A stretch of DNA of 64,000 nucleotides from the IMG/VR virus record IMGVR_UViG_3300017748_000002, positions 32,001 through 96,000 of that record; one strand, 5' to 3'. Every line of letters begins with the position of its first letter. Positions within the stretch are counted from its first letter, which is position 1. The translations under genes and the position numbers were made by a program. Source of the DNA: a virus. The notes under the pieces are model-generated. The model made no database searches and had not been told where the DNA came from. It saw only the letters and a program-made list of their open reading frames with translations. This document shows positions 8,508-18,984 of this stretch, piece after piece.

Positions 8508-10345
8508 TGGCAATTATCACATCATCAAGTCTTGATTTTGATACAATCAAACAAGCGTTAAAAACGAAACTACAAGCATCGAGCGAATTTGCTGACTACG
8601 ACTTTGAAGGCGCTGGCTTGTCTAACATTCTTGATGTATTGGCTTATAATACACACTTGAACGGCCTTGTTGCAAACATTGCTATCAATGAAACATTTTT
8701 AAATTCTGCTCAACTTCGTTCTTCAGTTGTATCTCATGCTGAAACAATTGGTTATTATCCTCATTCAAAAACTGCATCTCTTGCTACAATATCTGCTTCA
8801 GTTGCAACTTCAGACACTGTAACTGCTCAAGCAACTCTTCCAGCAAATACTACTTTCACTGGCACAATTGGTGACACATCATATACTTTCCAGACTCTTG
8901 AAGCATTTACTGCCGCCAACGATGGGGCCGGAAACTTTGCATTTCTTAATTCTTCTGGTACTGCATCTTTGTCAATCAAAGAAGGTACACTAAAAACTAA
9001 AACGTTTATTGTTGGTGATTCTACTGAAGAGCAAGTTTATATCATTCCTGATACTGAGCTTGATAAGAATACTATGAAAGTAGATGTATTTGATACAACT
9101 ACATCATCATCTTTTACGTCATACTCGAATGTTGAAAATACTGTAAGAATTGAATCAACCTCAACCATTTTCATTGTTCGTGAAACACCGAATGGCTTTT
9201 TTGAATTGATCTTTGGTGAAGGAAATGTTCTTGGTAAATCTCCAAGTGCTGGTAATAAAATTGTAGTTACGTATCTTGCAAGTAACGCTGCAGATGCAAA
9301 TGGTATTTCTACATTTACAGCAGACGACGATATTAGAATTAATGGAAGTGATTATACACTGAATGTTACAACTCTTACCGCATCAGCGGCAGGTGATGAT
9401 AAAGAATCAATTACTTCGATTAAAAGAAACGCTCCACTTGTTTTTGCTTCTCAACAAAGACTTGTAACTGCTGATGACTATAAAGCAATTATCGGCCAAC
9501 GATTTAACTCACTGATTAGTGATGTTATATCTTGGGGTGGTGAAGACAATGTTCCAGCAATCTATGGACGCACTTATGTCTCAATCAATTTCTTTGAGAA
9601 TATTCCAGAAGATATTCAGACTGCAACAAAGAATACAATCGCTACTACTATCTCAGAAAACTTGGCAGTCATGTCGATTGATACAGTCTTCGCTGATCCA
9701 GCTTTTACTTTTATTGAACTCAGAGTTAAATTTGACTTTGATCCAGAATTGACTAATGTTACTCTTGACACAACACAAAATAATATCAAATCAGCTGTTG
9801 CATCTTATTTCACTGAAAATCTTGGTATGTTCAATAAATCATTTAGACAATCTGGTTTAATTACTGCTATCGATGCTCTTTCTCCAGCAATTTTAAACTC
9901 GTCAATGACCGTGAAAGCTCAAAGAAGATTTGCTCCTACATTGAACACAGTTGGTAATTATACTGTTGATTTTCCAATGCCTATTGCTGCTCCAGATGAT
10001 GTTAACTTTGTTCTTACTTCTTCGTCAGTTACATACGATGGCAAAACCAGCGTTTTAAGAAATAGACTATCATCAACTACTATTGAAGTCTTTGATACTA
10101 TCAATGGTGTTGTGGTAGAGGATAACGTAGGATCCTACAATAAAGATACTGGAGTTATTACTTTCACTGGCTTTGGTTCTAAACTTTCTGCTTATGTTGG
10201 TGATGCTATTAAAATATCAGTCACACCGGCAAATCAACAAACAATTAAACCTTTGAGAAACTATATTCTTGATATTGATTTGAGCCTCACGACTGCTTCA
10301 GGTACGATTGATAACGATAACACTACAACTTCATTGACAGTATAA
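8507..10345 (+). CDS. gp6: Baseplate wedge subunit
   Basis: LDFD.IK..LK..L....EF.DYDFEG..LS.ILDVLAYNTH.N, SAQLRSSVVSHA, ESI.SIK.NAP..FASQ.RLVTA.DY, WGGEDN.P..YG. Confidence 0.95.
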   Translation: MAIITSSSLDFDTIKQALKTKLQASSEFADYDFEGAGLSNILDVLAYNTHLNGLVANIAINETFLNSAQLRSSVVSHAETIGYYPHSKTASLATISASVATSDTVTAQATLPANTTFTGTIGDTSYTFQTLEAFTAANDGAGNFAFLNSSGTASLSIKEGTLKTKTFIVGDSTEEQVYIIPDTELDKNTMKVDVFDTTTSSSFTSYSNVENTVRIESTSTIFIVRETPNGFFELIFGEGNVLGKSPSAGNKIVVTYLASNAADANGISTFTADDDIRINGSDYTLNVTTLTASAAGDDKESITSIKRNAPLVFASQQRLVTADDYKAIIGQRFNSLISDVISWGGEDNVPAIYGRTYVSINFFENIPEDIQTATKNTIATTISENLAVMSIDTVFADPAFTFIELRVKFDFDPELTNVTLDTTQNNIKSAVASYFTENLGMFNKSFRQSGLITAIDALSPAILNSSMTVKAQRRFAPTLNTVGNYTVDFPMPIAAPDDVNFVLTSSSVTYDGKTSVLRNRLSSTTIEVFDTINGVVVEDNVGSYNKDTGVITFTGFGSKLSAYVGDAIKISVTPANQQTIKPLRNYILDIDLSLTTASGTIDNDNTTTSLTV

Positions 10346-10346
10346 A

Positions 10347-11312
10347 ATGGCTATTAGCGCAATAGATAAAAATAGAAGAGACCCTACTCTTTTTACTTCA
10401 AAAGTAGATCAGGTTTTACCTGAGTACTTTCAAGAAGATAATTCTAAACTCATTTCTCTTCTTGAAGAATATTATAAAAGTCTTGATAGTGACAATGGAA
10501 CTATTAACTTTTCTGAAAAAATACGTGATGTTTTTGCAGCAAGAGATATTGCAGAAACTGATGATACATACTTAGATCAATTGATTGGTGAGATTGGTAA
10601 CGGATTAAAAGCATCTAGTTTCTTCGATCAACCTCGCTTAATGGCTCGTCTTCTTGCACGATTTTATCAAGCAAAAGGTACACGAAACTCTGCTGAAGGT
10701 TTCTTTCGTGGATTCTTTAACGAAGAAGCTGAAATCATTTACCCAAAGAAAGATCTTTTTATTGTAGGTGAATCACAACTTGGATTTGATTCTCAGAAAA
10801 GATTGATAGATAATCGTAGGTTCCAAGTTCTTTCAATTTTAGTTCGATCAGGTCTTTCTGTATCTGACTATGAAAATTTATATAAGAAGTTTGTACACCC
10901 GGCTGGTTTCCACTTTGCTGGTGATGTTGTGTCTGTTGGAAGTGCTTCTTTTACTCCGACAGTTACTACACATGATCCACTTGAAGTTCCAGAGCTCGCA
11001 GCGATTTACTTGTCAGAAGTAGAACTTGCACCTAGAACTTTATTCGGTGAAACAACTCTTCTATATGATTCAAGTGATGGTACTCAATTCCGTGTTGATA
11101 CTATTCAACAAGAATTACTTTACTACACAGTTGATTCAGATCTTACAGCTAGTGTCTGGGGTAAATACTATGACGACATTAAAACAATTCTCAATCCGAA
11201 TTCGTTTACATTTGATGATAGTGCTACATCCGGCCGCCCAGACTTTGCAATGACTGTAGAAACTATGGATAATGACTACTTTACTCGCATTTCATCTGAC
11301 TCTGCGATATAA
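10347..11312 (+). CDS. Baseplate wedge subunit (short gp7-like)
   Basis: VLPEYF, FYQAKGT..S...FFR.FFNEE.EI.YPK, KKFVHPAGF motifs; follows gp6. Confidence 0.7.
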   Translation: MAISAIDKNRRDPTLFTSKVDQVLPEYFQEDNSKLISLLEEYYKSLDSDNGTINFSEKIRDVFAARDIAETDDTYLDQLIGEIGNGLKASSFFDQPRLMARLLARFYQAKGTRNSAEGFFRGFFNEEAEIIYPKKDLFIVGESQLGFDSQKRLIDNRRFQVLSILVRSGLSVSDYENLYKKFVHPAGFHFAGDVVSVGSASFTPTVTTHDPLEVPELAAIYLSEVELAPRTLFGETTLLYDSSDGTQFRVDTIQQELLYYTVDSDLTASVWGKYYDDIKTILNPNSFTFDDSATSGRPDFAMTVETMDNDYFTRISSDSAI

Positions 11313-11315
11313 ATA
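11308..11315 (+). promoter_or_regulatory. T4-type late promoter TATAAATA
   Basis: Exact motif overlapping the stop of the gp7-like gene. Confidence 0.72.
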
Positions 11316-11336
11316 ACCATTATAGGATTTAGATAA

Positions 11337-12158
11337 ATGGCAAGACAAAATATCAATACTGGCAGTACTGCGAATGACGGAACTGGTGATACGCTGAAAG
11401 CTGCTGGTACAAAAATTAATACTAACTTCGTTGAGCTCTATAGCTTTTTAGGTGGTGGAGATAGCAATAACCTGTCTTCACAAGTAACATTTGAAGATAG
11501 TGCGGTAGTATTTGAAGGTGCTACTGCAGACGCTCATGAAACTCGACTGGTTGCAAGTAATGTAACTGCTGATGTCAAAATTACTTTGCCAGACTCTGAT
11601 GGTATTGTAACGTTGAATGGTGCTACTCAGACTTTGTCAAACAAAACAATAAGTACACCTATCATTAATCGACCTCAGATTTTACATTGTATCAACGATT
11701 CATCAGGTAACCCGTTTATTAACTTTACTCGATCGGCGTCGTCTGTTAACCAGATTACAGTTATTAATGCTGCAGCTTCTGGTAAACCTCAAATCAATGC
11801 AACTGGTACAGACGGTAACATTAATCTAAACATTAACGCTAAAGGTACTGGATCGGTTGAAGTAAGTAAGGTTGCTTACGAATCGGTTACAATTACTTCG
11901 AACGGTACTGCATCAACGGCAGCTTCATATATTATATGTAATAAAGGTTCAGCTCTTGCTGTTGCATTGGCAGATGGAACGACAACTGGTGAATATAAAA
12001 TCTTTACAAACAAAGGAGCCGGGACTGCAACAATTACGCCTACAAGTTTTGGCACTAATACTAGTTTCGCAATTGCTCAAAATGAAGGAGCACAATGCAT
12101 ATGGGATGGTTCCAACTGGTTCCTCGTAGGCAATCAATCAGTAACAACGGTGGTATAA
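11337..12158 (+). CDS. Baseplate wedge tail-fibre connector (gp9/gp10 N-terminal family)
   Basis: MARQNINTGSTANDGTGDTL..AG.KIN.NF.ELY is the T4 gp9/gp10-type N-terminus. Confidence 0.78.
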   Translation: MARQNINTGSTANDGTGDTLKAAGTKINTNFVELYSFLGGGDSNNLSSQVTFEDSAVVFEGATADAHETRLVASNVTADVKITLPDSDGIVTLNGATQTLSNKTISTPIINRPQILHCINDSSGNPFINFTRSASSVNQITVINAAASGKPQINATGTDGNINLNINAKGTGSVEVSKVAYESVTITSNGTASTAASYIICNKGSALAVALADGTTTGEYKIFTNKGAGTATITPTSFGTNTSFAIAQNEGAQCIWDGSNWFLVGNQSVTTVV

Positions 12159-12159
12159 T

Positions 12160-13539
12160 ATGGCAGCAATTGTAACAGACGCGCTTAAACATCAAATCGC
12201 GCTTAATTTCTTCACTGAAGTCACAAGCACAACTGACTCAAATGAGTACTTTATTGGCATCGGTAAGACAGACACTTATGATTCATCTGACACTACTGCT
12301 ACTCCACTTAGCCATCAATTCGATTCTCGTATATCTCGCGGTAATCTTGAATCAATTAAGAAAATTACTGCAACTTCTTTTGTCGCGACAAGACATAACT
12401 GGTCTTCAGGTACAACATATTCTGCTTGGAATGATAAACAAGTAGGTTATCCAACACAACCATACTATGTACTGACCGAAGATAACGAAGTTTATATCTG
12501 TATTCAACAAAGCCAGAGTGCAACCGGTTCTGCAAACCCATCAACAGTCAAGCCATCTTATAGCGCCGCTGGTGCGAGTGTCTCGTCTGTATTTGAAACT
12601 TCTGATGGTTATCGTTGGAAGTATCTCTATTCTATCTCAGCTGGTGAAGCTACTAACTTCTTGACTGCTGGATTTTTTCCAACACAAAAAGTTCTAGTTG
12701 ATTCTGGTGCAGCCACTGCTTTCCAACTTCTACAGTTGAACGTTCAAAACTTTTCAACTGGTGGACAGATTCTTGGAGCAGAAATCGTAGATGGTGGTTC
12801 AGGTTATACTTCTGCACCAACAATCGCTTTCCGCGGAAACGGTGCGGGAGCTGCAGCTAGTGCTACAATCTCTGGTGGTCGTATTGTAAAAGTTACTATG
12901 GACAATGAATCTGCTGGTATGGGTTCAGGATATGATTATAGCTCAATCTCGCTCTCAGGCGGTGGAGGAACTGGTGGTTCATTAAGACCAATCATTGGTC
13001 CACGTGATGGCTTTGGATTTGATGCTCGTAAAGATTTGAAATCTTCAAGTGTTTTGTCAAACGTTAAAGCTGATGGTACCGAAACTGGAACATTTAATAT
13101 CACTAACGATTACAGACAAATTCTTGTTTTGAAAAACTTAGACCTCACTGATTCTGCTTCTCCCGGTGGTAGATATTCTGGAACATCTTCAAAAGTGAAT
13201 CGCCAATTAACTCTTACAACTGATATTGCTACAACTGGATTTTCTGTTGATGAAATTATTACTGGCGGAACTTCTGGAGTAACTGCATTTGTTGATGAAG
13301 TTGACTCAAATAGTGGTTTCACTATTCGATTCCATCAAAACGAAAAGACTCAAAACGGTCACTTCCAAAATTCAGAAGCATTAACTGGTAACTTAGGTGG
13401 ATCAGGTACAGTTGATAGTGGCAACCTCTTTAGTCCTGTTGATATTTACTCTGGAGATTTGTTATACATAGAGAATAGAGCAAGAATTGTTCGATCTTCG
13501 TCTCAAACCGAAGACCTTAAAGTTATATTGACGGTGTAA
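12160..13539 (+). CDS. gp8: Baseplate wedge subunit
   Basis: R.NWSSGTTY, YYVLTED.EVYICI, DGY.WKYLY, SGDLLYIENR..I.RSS.QTEDLKVIL. Confidence 0.88.
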   Translation: MAAIVTDALKHQIALNFFTEVTSTTDSNEYFIGIGKTDTYDSSDTTATPLSHQFDSRISRGNLESIKKITATSFVATRHNWSSGTTYSAWNDKQVGYPTQPYYVLTEDNEVYICIQQSQSATGSANPSTVKPSYSAAGASVSSVFETSDGYRWKYLYSISAGEATNFLTAGFFPTQKVLVDSGAATAFQLLQLNVQNFSTGGQILGAEIVDGGSGYTSAPTIAFRGNGAGAAASATISGGRIVKVTMDNESAGMGSGYDYSSISLSGGGGTGGSLRPIIGPRDGFGFDARKDLKSSSVLSNVKADGTETGTFNITNDYRQILVLKNLDLTDSASPGGRYSGTSSKVNRQLTLTTDIATTGFSVDEIITGGTSGVTAFVDEVDSNSGFTIRFHQNEKTQNGHFQNSEALTGNLGGSGTVDSGNLFSPVDIYSGDLLYIENRARIVRSSSQTEDLKVILTV

Positions 13540-13542
13540 AGA

Positions 13543-16500
13543 ATGGCAACTACATTTACCACTACTACGTTCGGAACTACATATAAGGACGATTTTAAAG
13601 ACTCTGATAATTACCATCGGATACTCTTTAACGCTGGTCGAGCTTTGCAAGCACGTGAGCTTACGCAAATGCAGACAATCATCCAAACTGAGATTCAGCG
13701 GATGGGATCAAACATCTTCAAAGAAGGTGGTAAAGTAAATGGCGGTAACCTTACACTCAACAATTTAGAATTTATCAAGCTCACTTCAGGAGCTCTTCCA
13801 GCAGCTGCTAGTGATGTAGTTGGTGAAACATTTACTGATGGCGATGGCATTAAAGTCAAAGTCATTAAGGCTGTTGAAGCTACCGGTTCTGACCCGGATA
13901 CAATCTATGTAGAATATACTAGCACGTCAAGCGGTACAGCTGGCGCATCGGCTGTTCGTTGTTCGAATGGTGGTACACTAACTCATGATGGTGGTTCTCT
14001 CGATGCACTTACAATTGCTTCTGCAGACGCAACTGGTCAAGGCTTAGAAGCTTCAATTACTTCTGGTTCTTTTTATGTACAAGGCCACTTTGTTTTCGTC
14101 AAACAACAATCCGCATTTGTGAATAAGTATTCAAAGACTGGCACAAAAGAACTTGGATTTAAGCTTGTACAAGATATTGTTACAGCAACTGATGATAACG
14201 ATCTTTTTGATAACCAAGGCGCGGCTCCAAACAACGCAGCACCTGGTGCAGATCGATATCGGATTAGCCTTACTCTGAGTACTCGTGACTTATTAGCTGC
14301 TTCAGACAACTTTGTTTTCCTTTGTAAAATCATAAATGACAAAATCGGTAAACAAGTAACGGTTAATAGTTCTTATAACATTATTCGCGATTTCATGGCG
14401 CTAAGAACTAAAGAAGAATCAGGCGACTATATTGTAAAGAATTTTGTAGCAAAGTTTGAACCACTCAATGATTCAAATCTTAGCTTGGATGTAAGTAATG
14501 GTTTAGCATATGTTGATGGTTATCGAATTGATATTCCAGCCGAAGACATTACTGTACCAAAGGCTCAGACAACTCAAGCAGAGAATGGTGATACTGTAAT
14601 TCCTCGTTATGGTAACTATGTTCTTTTTGATTCAAACTACAATCTACCAGAAAATCACGCTAGATCAAATCTTTTTGACGGCGTACATGATTCAGCTGGA
14701 GCTGTTCCAAATCATATTGGATACGCAAGAATTCGTGGTTATGAAGAAGACGGAGCAGACCATAGAGCTTATCTCTATGATATTCAAATGAATTCTGGCC
14801 AAAACTTTGCGAACACTGCTTCAATTGGAACTGGTGCTAATGAATATCTCGCTGTAAAACAAGTAAGTGGTCGAGCAGTTATTCAAGGTACTGCTGACAA
14901 TAATTTGTTATTCCCTCTTAGTTATGCTCGTCCATCAACTATTGCCTATACATCTTCAAACGATATTACGCTTCAAAAGAAATATACAGTAACAACAAAC
15001 GCTAGTGGTGTTCTTGCTTCTAACCAAGTTATATCTGGTGGTGATACATTCACAAGTTCTACTTCTTGGGTTGCAACAGATACTTCTGGAAAAGTCGCAA
15101 GTCTTACATTTAATATTACTCTTGGTTCGCCAGCTGGTACTGAATTCAATATTACTGGTGGCGGTGGCAATACTAGAACATACGACATTTACGCTTTACA
15201 AGTTCACAAAGGTCCAAGTAACTTCTCGGCTAAGACAAAGTCTCTTGCTGCTCAACAGACTCTTACTTTGAACATGCAAAATGACTTAGATTCAGACGGA
15301 AATGGTACTCAATTCTTATCATTGAGAAAAGCAGATATCTATAAAGTTGAAGGAATTAATTTAGGTTCTACAAGTGGAGCTGATTTAACAAACTTCTTTA
15401 CTGTCGATAATGGTCAACGAGATAACTTTTATGGCATCGGCCGATTAATAAAGAATAGTGGTGTTGGTAATCTTCCAAACGGTAACGCAGTTGTCCAATT
15501 CAGATACTTTACACACAGCACATCAGGTACTCATTTCGATATAACATCTTATCCATCTGGAGATAGTGTTGGATACGATGGGATTCAAGATTACCGTCAA
15601 CAGGATGGTAATACTGTTAGCTTAAGAAATGTTCTTGATTTCCGCCCAGTGGCTGGTATTCTTGCAGATTCAGATGGTACAATGAGATACACATTTGACT
15701 CAGCCGGTAACGGTAGCCAAATTACTCCGTTGCTTCCAGCAAATCAAAACGCTTTTGATATTAATCCAACATATTATCTTACTCGTAAAGATCGACTCGT
15801 TGTTGCAACAAAAGATGAAAATCTAGATCGTTATCCACAAGCTGGCGAGCTTCGTTATATTCAAGGTGAACCAGCTCTTACTGGTGCAAAACTTCCAGCT
15901 GTACCAGATGGATCTTTAGAAATCTATCAGTTTACTTTGAATCCATTTACAATCCATGAATCTGATTTATCAAGTCGTTATGTTGAAGCTAAACGATTTA
16001 CAATGGCAGATATCGGTAATCTTGAGAAAAGAATTGATGATCTTCAAGATTTGACTGTGTTAAGTTTACTTGAAAATGCCACCGAAGCATTAACGATTGT
16101 TGATTCGGCCGGTAATGAAAGAACAAAAGCTGGATTCATTGCTGATCCATTTGATAATTTCAATTTTTCAGATGTTGAAAGAGACGAATATAGAGCATTT
16201 ATTCATGAACGTAGTGGTGTACTACATCCTCAAGCAATGTCAAATGTCATTCGTCTTCTATACGATTCTGCTAATTCTACTAGCACTACACGTGGAGTTT
16301 TCAGACCGTCAGGCGATATCTTGACTTTGTCTGTAGATTCAAGCCATGTGTTTATTGATCAACCATTAGCGACTGAAACAGAAAATGTTAACCCATTTGC
16401 GGTATTCTCTGGTGAAGGTCATATCACGTTATCACCAAGATCTGATACGTGGTACGAACGCCGTCAAGCACCTGATGCAATTGTAGATGGTGGAACTATT

Positions 16501-16656
16501 AGAAAAGTTAGAATTATCCGCATCAATGGCGGTGGCGGCGGTGATGATAACGGCGGCCGGGATAACGGTGATATTGGACGCGATCCATCTGGTACAGCTG
16601 GTGCTGGCCAATTTGGAGGTGGCGGTCCTACTGGTATGTCGGATTGGGGTGATTAA
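13543..16656 (+). CDS. Large virion structural protein, VrlC/DUF4815-like, N-terminal part
   Basis: YKDDF..S.NYHRILF..GRALQARELTQMQTIIQ, APGADRY.I.L, RT.EESGDY.V..F, KRFTM.DIG.LEKRI, K.GFI.D.F, NVNPFAV. Confidence 0.8.
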   Translation: MATTFTTTTFGTTYKDDFKDSDNYHRILFNAGRALQARELTQMQTIIQTEIQRMGSNIFKEGGKVNGGNLTLNNLEFIKLTSGALPAAASDVVGETFTDGDGIKVKVIKAVEATGSDPDTIYVEYTSTSSGTAGASAVRCSNGGTLTHDGGSLDALTIASADATGQGLEASITSGSFYVQGHFVFVKQQSAFVNKYSKTGTKELGFKLVQDIVTATDDNDLFDNQGAAPNNAAPGADRYRISLTLSTRDLLAASDNFVFLCKIINDKIGKQVTVNSSYNIIRDFMALRTKEESGDYIVKNFVAKFEPLNDSNLSLDVSNGLAYVDGYRIDIPAEDITVPKAQTTQAENGDTVIPRYGNYVLFDSNYNLPENHARSNLFDGVHDSAGAVPNHIGYARIRGYEEDGADHRAYLYDIQMNSGQNFANTASIGTGANEYLAVKQVSGRAVIQGTADNNLLFPLSYARPSTIAYTSSNDITLQKKYTVTTNASGVLASNQVISGGDTFTSSTSWVATDTSGKVASLTFNITLGSPAGTEFNITGGGGNTRTYDIYALQVHKGPSNFSAKTKSLAAQQTLTLNMQNDLDSDGNGTQFLSLRKADIYKVEGINLGSTSGADLTNFFTVDNGQRDNFYGIGRLIKNSGVGNLPNGNAVVQFRYFTHSTSGTHFDITSYPSGDSVGYDGIQDYRQQDGNTVSLRNVLDFRPVAGILADSDGTMRYTFDSAGNGSQITPLLPANQNAFDINPTYYLTRKDRLVVATKDENLDRYPQAGELRYIQGEPALTGAKLPAVPDGSLEIYQFTLNPFTIHESDLSSRYVEAKRFTMADIGNLEKRIDDLQDLTVLSLLENATEALTIVDSAGNERTKAGFIADPFDNFNFSDVERDEYRAFIHERSGVLHPQAMSNVIRLLYDSANSTSTTRGVFRPSGDILTLSVDSSHVFIDQPLATETENVNPFAVFSGEGHITLSPRSDTWYERRQAPDAIVDGGTIRKVRIIRINGGGGGDDNGGRDNGDIGRDPSGTAGAGQFGGGGPTGMSDWGD

Positions 16657-16690
16657 TAAATGAAAAAGACAAATATAACGGAGTGTCATA

Positions 16691-18766
16691 ATGTCTAACG
16701 TTGATATTCGCAGAGAAAAAATTGGAACGGAAATCGTTGATGTGTCGTTCATTCCTTTCATGCGTGGCAGAAAAGTTTTCTTTAAGGCACAAGGCCTTCG
16801 CCCTAACACTCGGTATTTTCCGTACTTTGGTAAGAAAGCGATTGATGATTACACACGTGAAGAAACAACGTTTAAATCATTTGCAGAACGTCAGGATGAT
16901 AATTCAAACGTTTTCCAAAAAGCACTTGCGCACCCTGATGGATCTACAAATCTAATTTCTGACGCTTCAGGTGTCATCATTGGTTCATTTGTTATTCCTA
17001 GCAGAGATAATTTTAAGTTTAGAACTGGTACTCGCGAATTTAAACTGGTAGATGTATCCGGTGCAGGTACTGATGAGTCCCAAGCTATTAGTACTGCTAG
17101 AGTTCCTTTTACTTCAACTGGTATTTTACAAACATATCAAGATACTGTTCGTGTTACAAGAATTGTTACAACAACACAGATTATTCGAAGAGATCCTCTT
17201 GCTCAATCATTCTTTGTAGATGCTGTTGAAAATAAGAATGGCATTTTTATAACAAAGATTAGAGCATATTTTGCAACAAAGTCAACTGGTGTTCCGGTTC
17301 AAATGCAAATCCGGCCAGTTGTCGCTGGTGTTCCATCAAATCAACCTTTACCAGATGCTTCTAAATTTTTAGATCCAGCTAGTATTAATATTCCAACTGA
17401 TGCGTCTGATCTCAATAATATTCGTTCACATGGTACAGACTTTGAATTTGATGAGCCAGTTTATCTAGAGCCAAATAAAGAATATGCCTTTGTTATTTTG
17501 GCAGATAGCGTTGATTATACTGTTTTTGTCGCAAAGACATATGAATTCTTGATTGGTTCAACCGAAGCAAGAGTTAATAAGCAACCTACTCTTGGTTCTT
17601 TGTTTATGTCTCAAAACTCTTCAACTTGGTCGCCAGATCAAGATCGTGATATGATGTTTCAGATATATCGCGCAGAGTTTGCAAGTTCTGGTTCAGCGTT
17701 GTTCACCAATGCTACAGACATACGTGAATTAACAAATGATAATCAACTTCTTGCTGATTCAGGTGGAACTGAATGTACAGTGTTTATGGTTGGCCACGGT
17801 CTCGCAAAGAACGATAAAGTCTTTATCTCTGGTGTATCAGACGCAGATGTAAGTGGCGCGTTTAGTTTTGCCAATTCCGTTACTGGATCAAGAACAATCA
17901 CAAAGGTAGATCATACCGGATTTACTTTTGCCGCTGACTCAAACGCTCAAGGATCTCTCTTTGTCGGTGGTGATGGCATGATCGTTACTCGTAACATGAT
18001 GTACGATAGATTCAGACCAAGTGTTCAAACGCTATTACCCGGAGCCGATACAACTCTTTCTGCTACGGCAAAATTAGTAAGTGGTTCTTCATACGCTGGA
18101 AATAGAAACACAAATCCAACATATACAAAAGACGGTGCATATACACCTATTACATTGAATGAAAATAACTTTTTAACAGCACCTTGTATTGTTTTAAACG
18201 ATTCAAATGCAGTTGTTCATAGCTTGTCTGGCGCCTCATTCGATATGAAAGTCGATTTTGCTACATCAGACACAAAAGTTTCACCAATTATCGATCTACA
18301 AAGATCTGATTTGATAATGCGTGAAAACATTATTGACAAACAGGATAATTCAGCTACAAGTGGATTCAATGTTCCAATTCGATTTGTTGATGAAACTGAT
18401 GCTAGTCTTGGTTCACATGCTGCGAAACACATTACAACACCAGTTACTCTTGAAGAACCAGCTGTTGGTTTGAGCATTAAGTTTGGTGCTAATCGTCCAT
18501 CCGCTGCAGGATTTAGAGTATACTTTAAGACTGGTACACCAGATGATAACCTTGATGATCTATCATACACTGAGTTAAGTGAAGTCACAAGCAATCCAGC
18601 TGATGAACAAGTTACAGTATTCCGTGAGTACGAATATCTTGCTGGTGGTGATGTTGGTAACCTTGATTCATTTACTCAATTCCAAGTAAAGATTGTTATG
18701 ACTTCAACAAATTCATCTAAAGTTCCTGCTATTACAGACTTAAGAGTGATTGCTCTAGTAACATGA
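16691..18766 (+). CDS. Large virion structural protein, VrlC/DUF4815-like, C-terminal part
   Basis: IPFMR.R.V.F...GLRPNTR, FRTGTREFKL, DPLAQSF, F.FDEPVYL, LGSLF.SQN.STW, SPIIDL.R, F.EYEY, F..FQVKIVM.S.NSSKVP.I.DLRVIAL; own GGAG RBS. Confidence 0.8.
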   Translation: MSNVDIRREKIGTEIVDVSFIPFMRGRKVFFKAQGLRPNTRYFPYFGKKAIDDYTREETTFKSFAERQDDNSNVFQKALAHPDGSTNLISDASGVIIGSFVIPSRDNFKFRTGTREFKLVDVSGAGTDESQAISTARVPFTSTGILQTYQDTVRVTRIVTTTQIIRRDPLAQSFFVDAVENKNGIFITKIRAYFATKSTGVPVQMQIRPVVAGVPSNQPLPDASKFLDPASINIPTDASDLNNIRSHGTDFEFDEPVYLEPNKEYAFVILADSVDYTVFVAKTYEFLIGSTEARVNKQPTLGSLFMSQNSSTWSPDQDRDMMFQIYRAEFASSGSALFTNATDIRELTNDNQLLADSGGTECTVFMVGHGLAKNDKVFISGVSDADVSGAFSFANSVTGSRTITKVDHTGFTFAADSNAQGSLFVGGDGMIVTRNMMYDRFRPSVQTLLPGADTTLSATAKLVSGSSYAGNRNTNPTYTKDGAYTPITLNENNFLTAPCIVLNDSNAVVHSLSGASFDMKVDFATSDTKVSPIIDLQRSDLIMRENIIDKQDNSATSGFNVPIRFVDETDASLGSHAAKHITTPVTLEEPAVGLSIKFGANRPSAAGFRVYFKTGTPDDNLDDLSYTELSEVTSNPADEQVTVFREYEYLAGGDVGNLDSFTQFQVKIVMTSTNSSKVPAITDLRVIALVT

Positions 18767-18984
18767 TGAAACAACAAGTACAAGGGATGAACGGCTGGGT
18801 AAGAGATATACGTACTGGAGCCGTTATAAATACAAATACGAAAGATATAGCAAAAGCTAGGCATCGTAAAAAGGTTTGGAAAGAACAACAGGAAGAACTT
18901 GAAATACTTCGTAATGATGTTGCTATGATGAAACAAATGATGCAACAGATTTTAGAGGATAAAGATGGCTCAAACAACAATTAA
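18763..18984 (+). CDS. Small hypothetical protein with coiled-coil C-terminus
   Basis: VRD..TGAVINT followed by a heptad-like segment; overlaps both neighbours (translational coupling). Confidence 0.65.
   Translation: MMKQQVQGMNGWVRDIRTGAVINTNTKDIAKARHRKKVWKEQQEELEILRNDVAMMKQMMQQILEDKDGSNNN
18825..18832 (+). promoter_or_regulatory. T4-type late promoter TATAAATA (intragenic)
   Basis: Exact motif about 130 nt upstream of the 18965 fibre-like gene. Confidence 0.5.

Noticed and set aside
16432-18594. 125-aa minus-strand ORFs at 16432-16809 and 18217-18594
   Set aside because: Antisense to well-supported structural genes, with no motifs.
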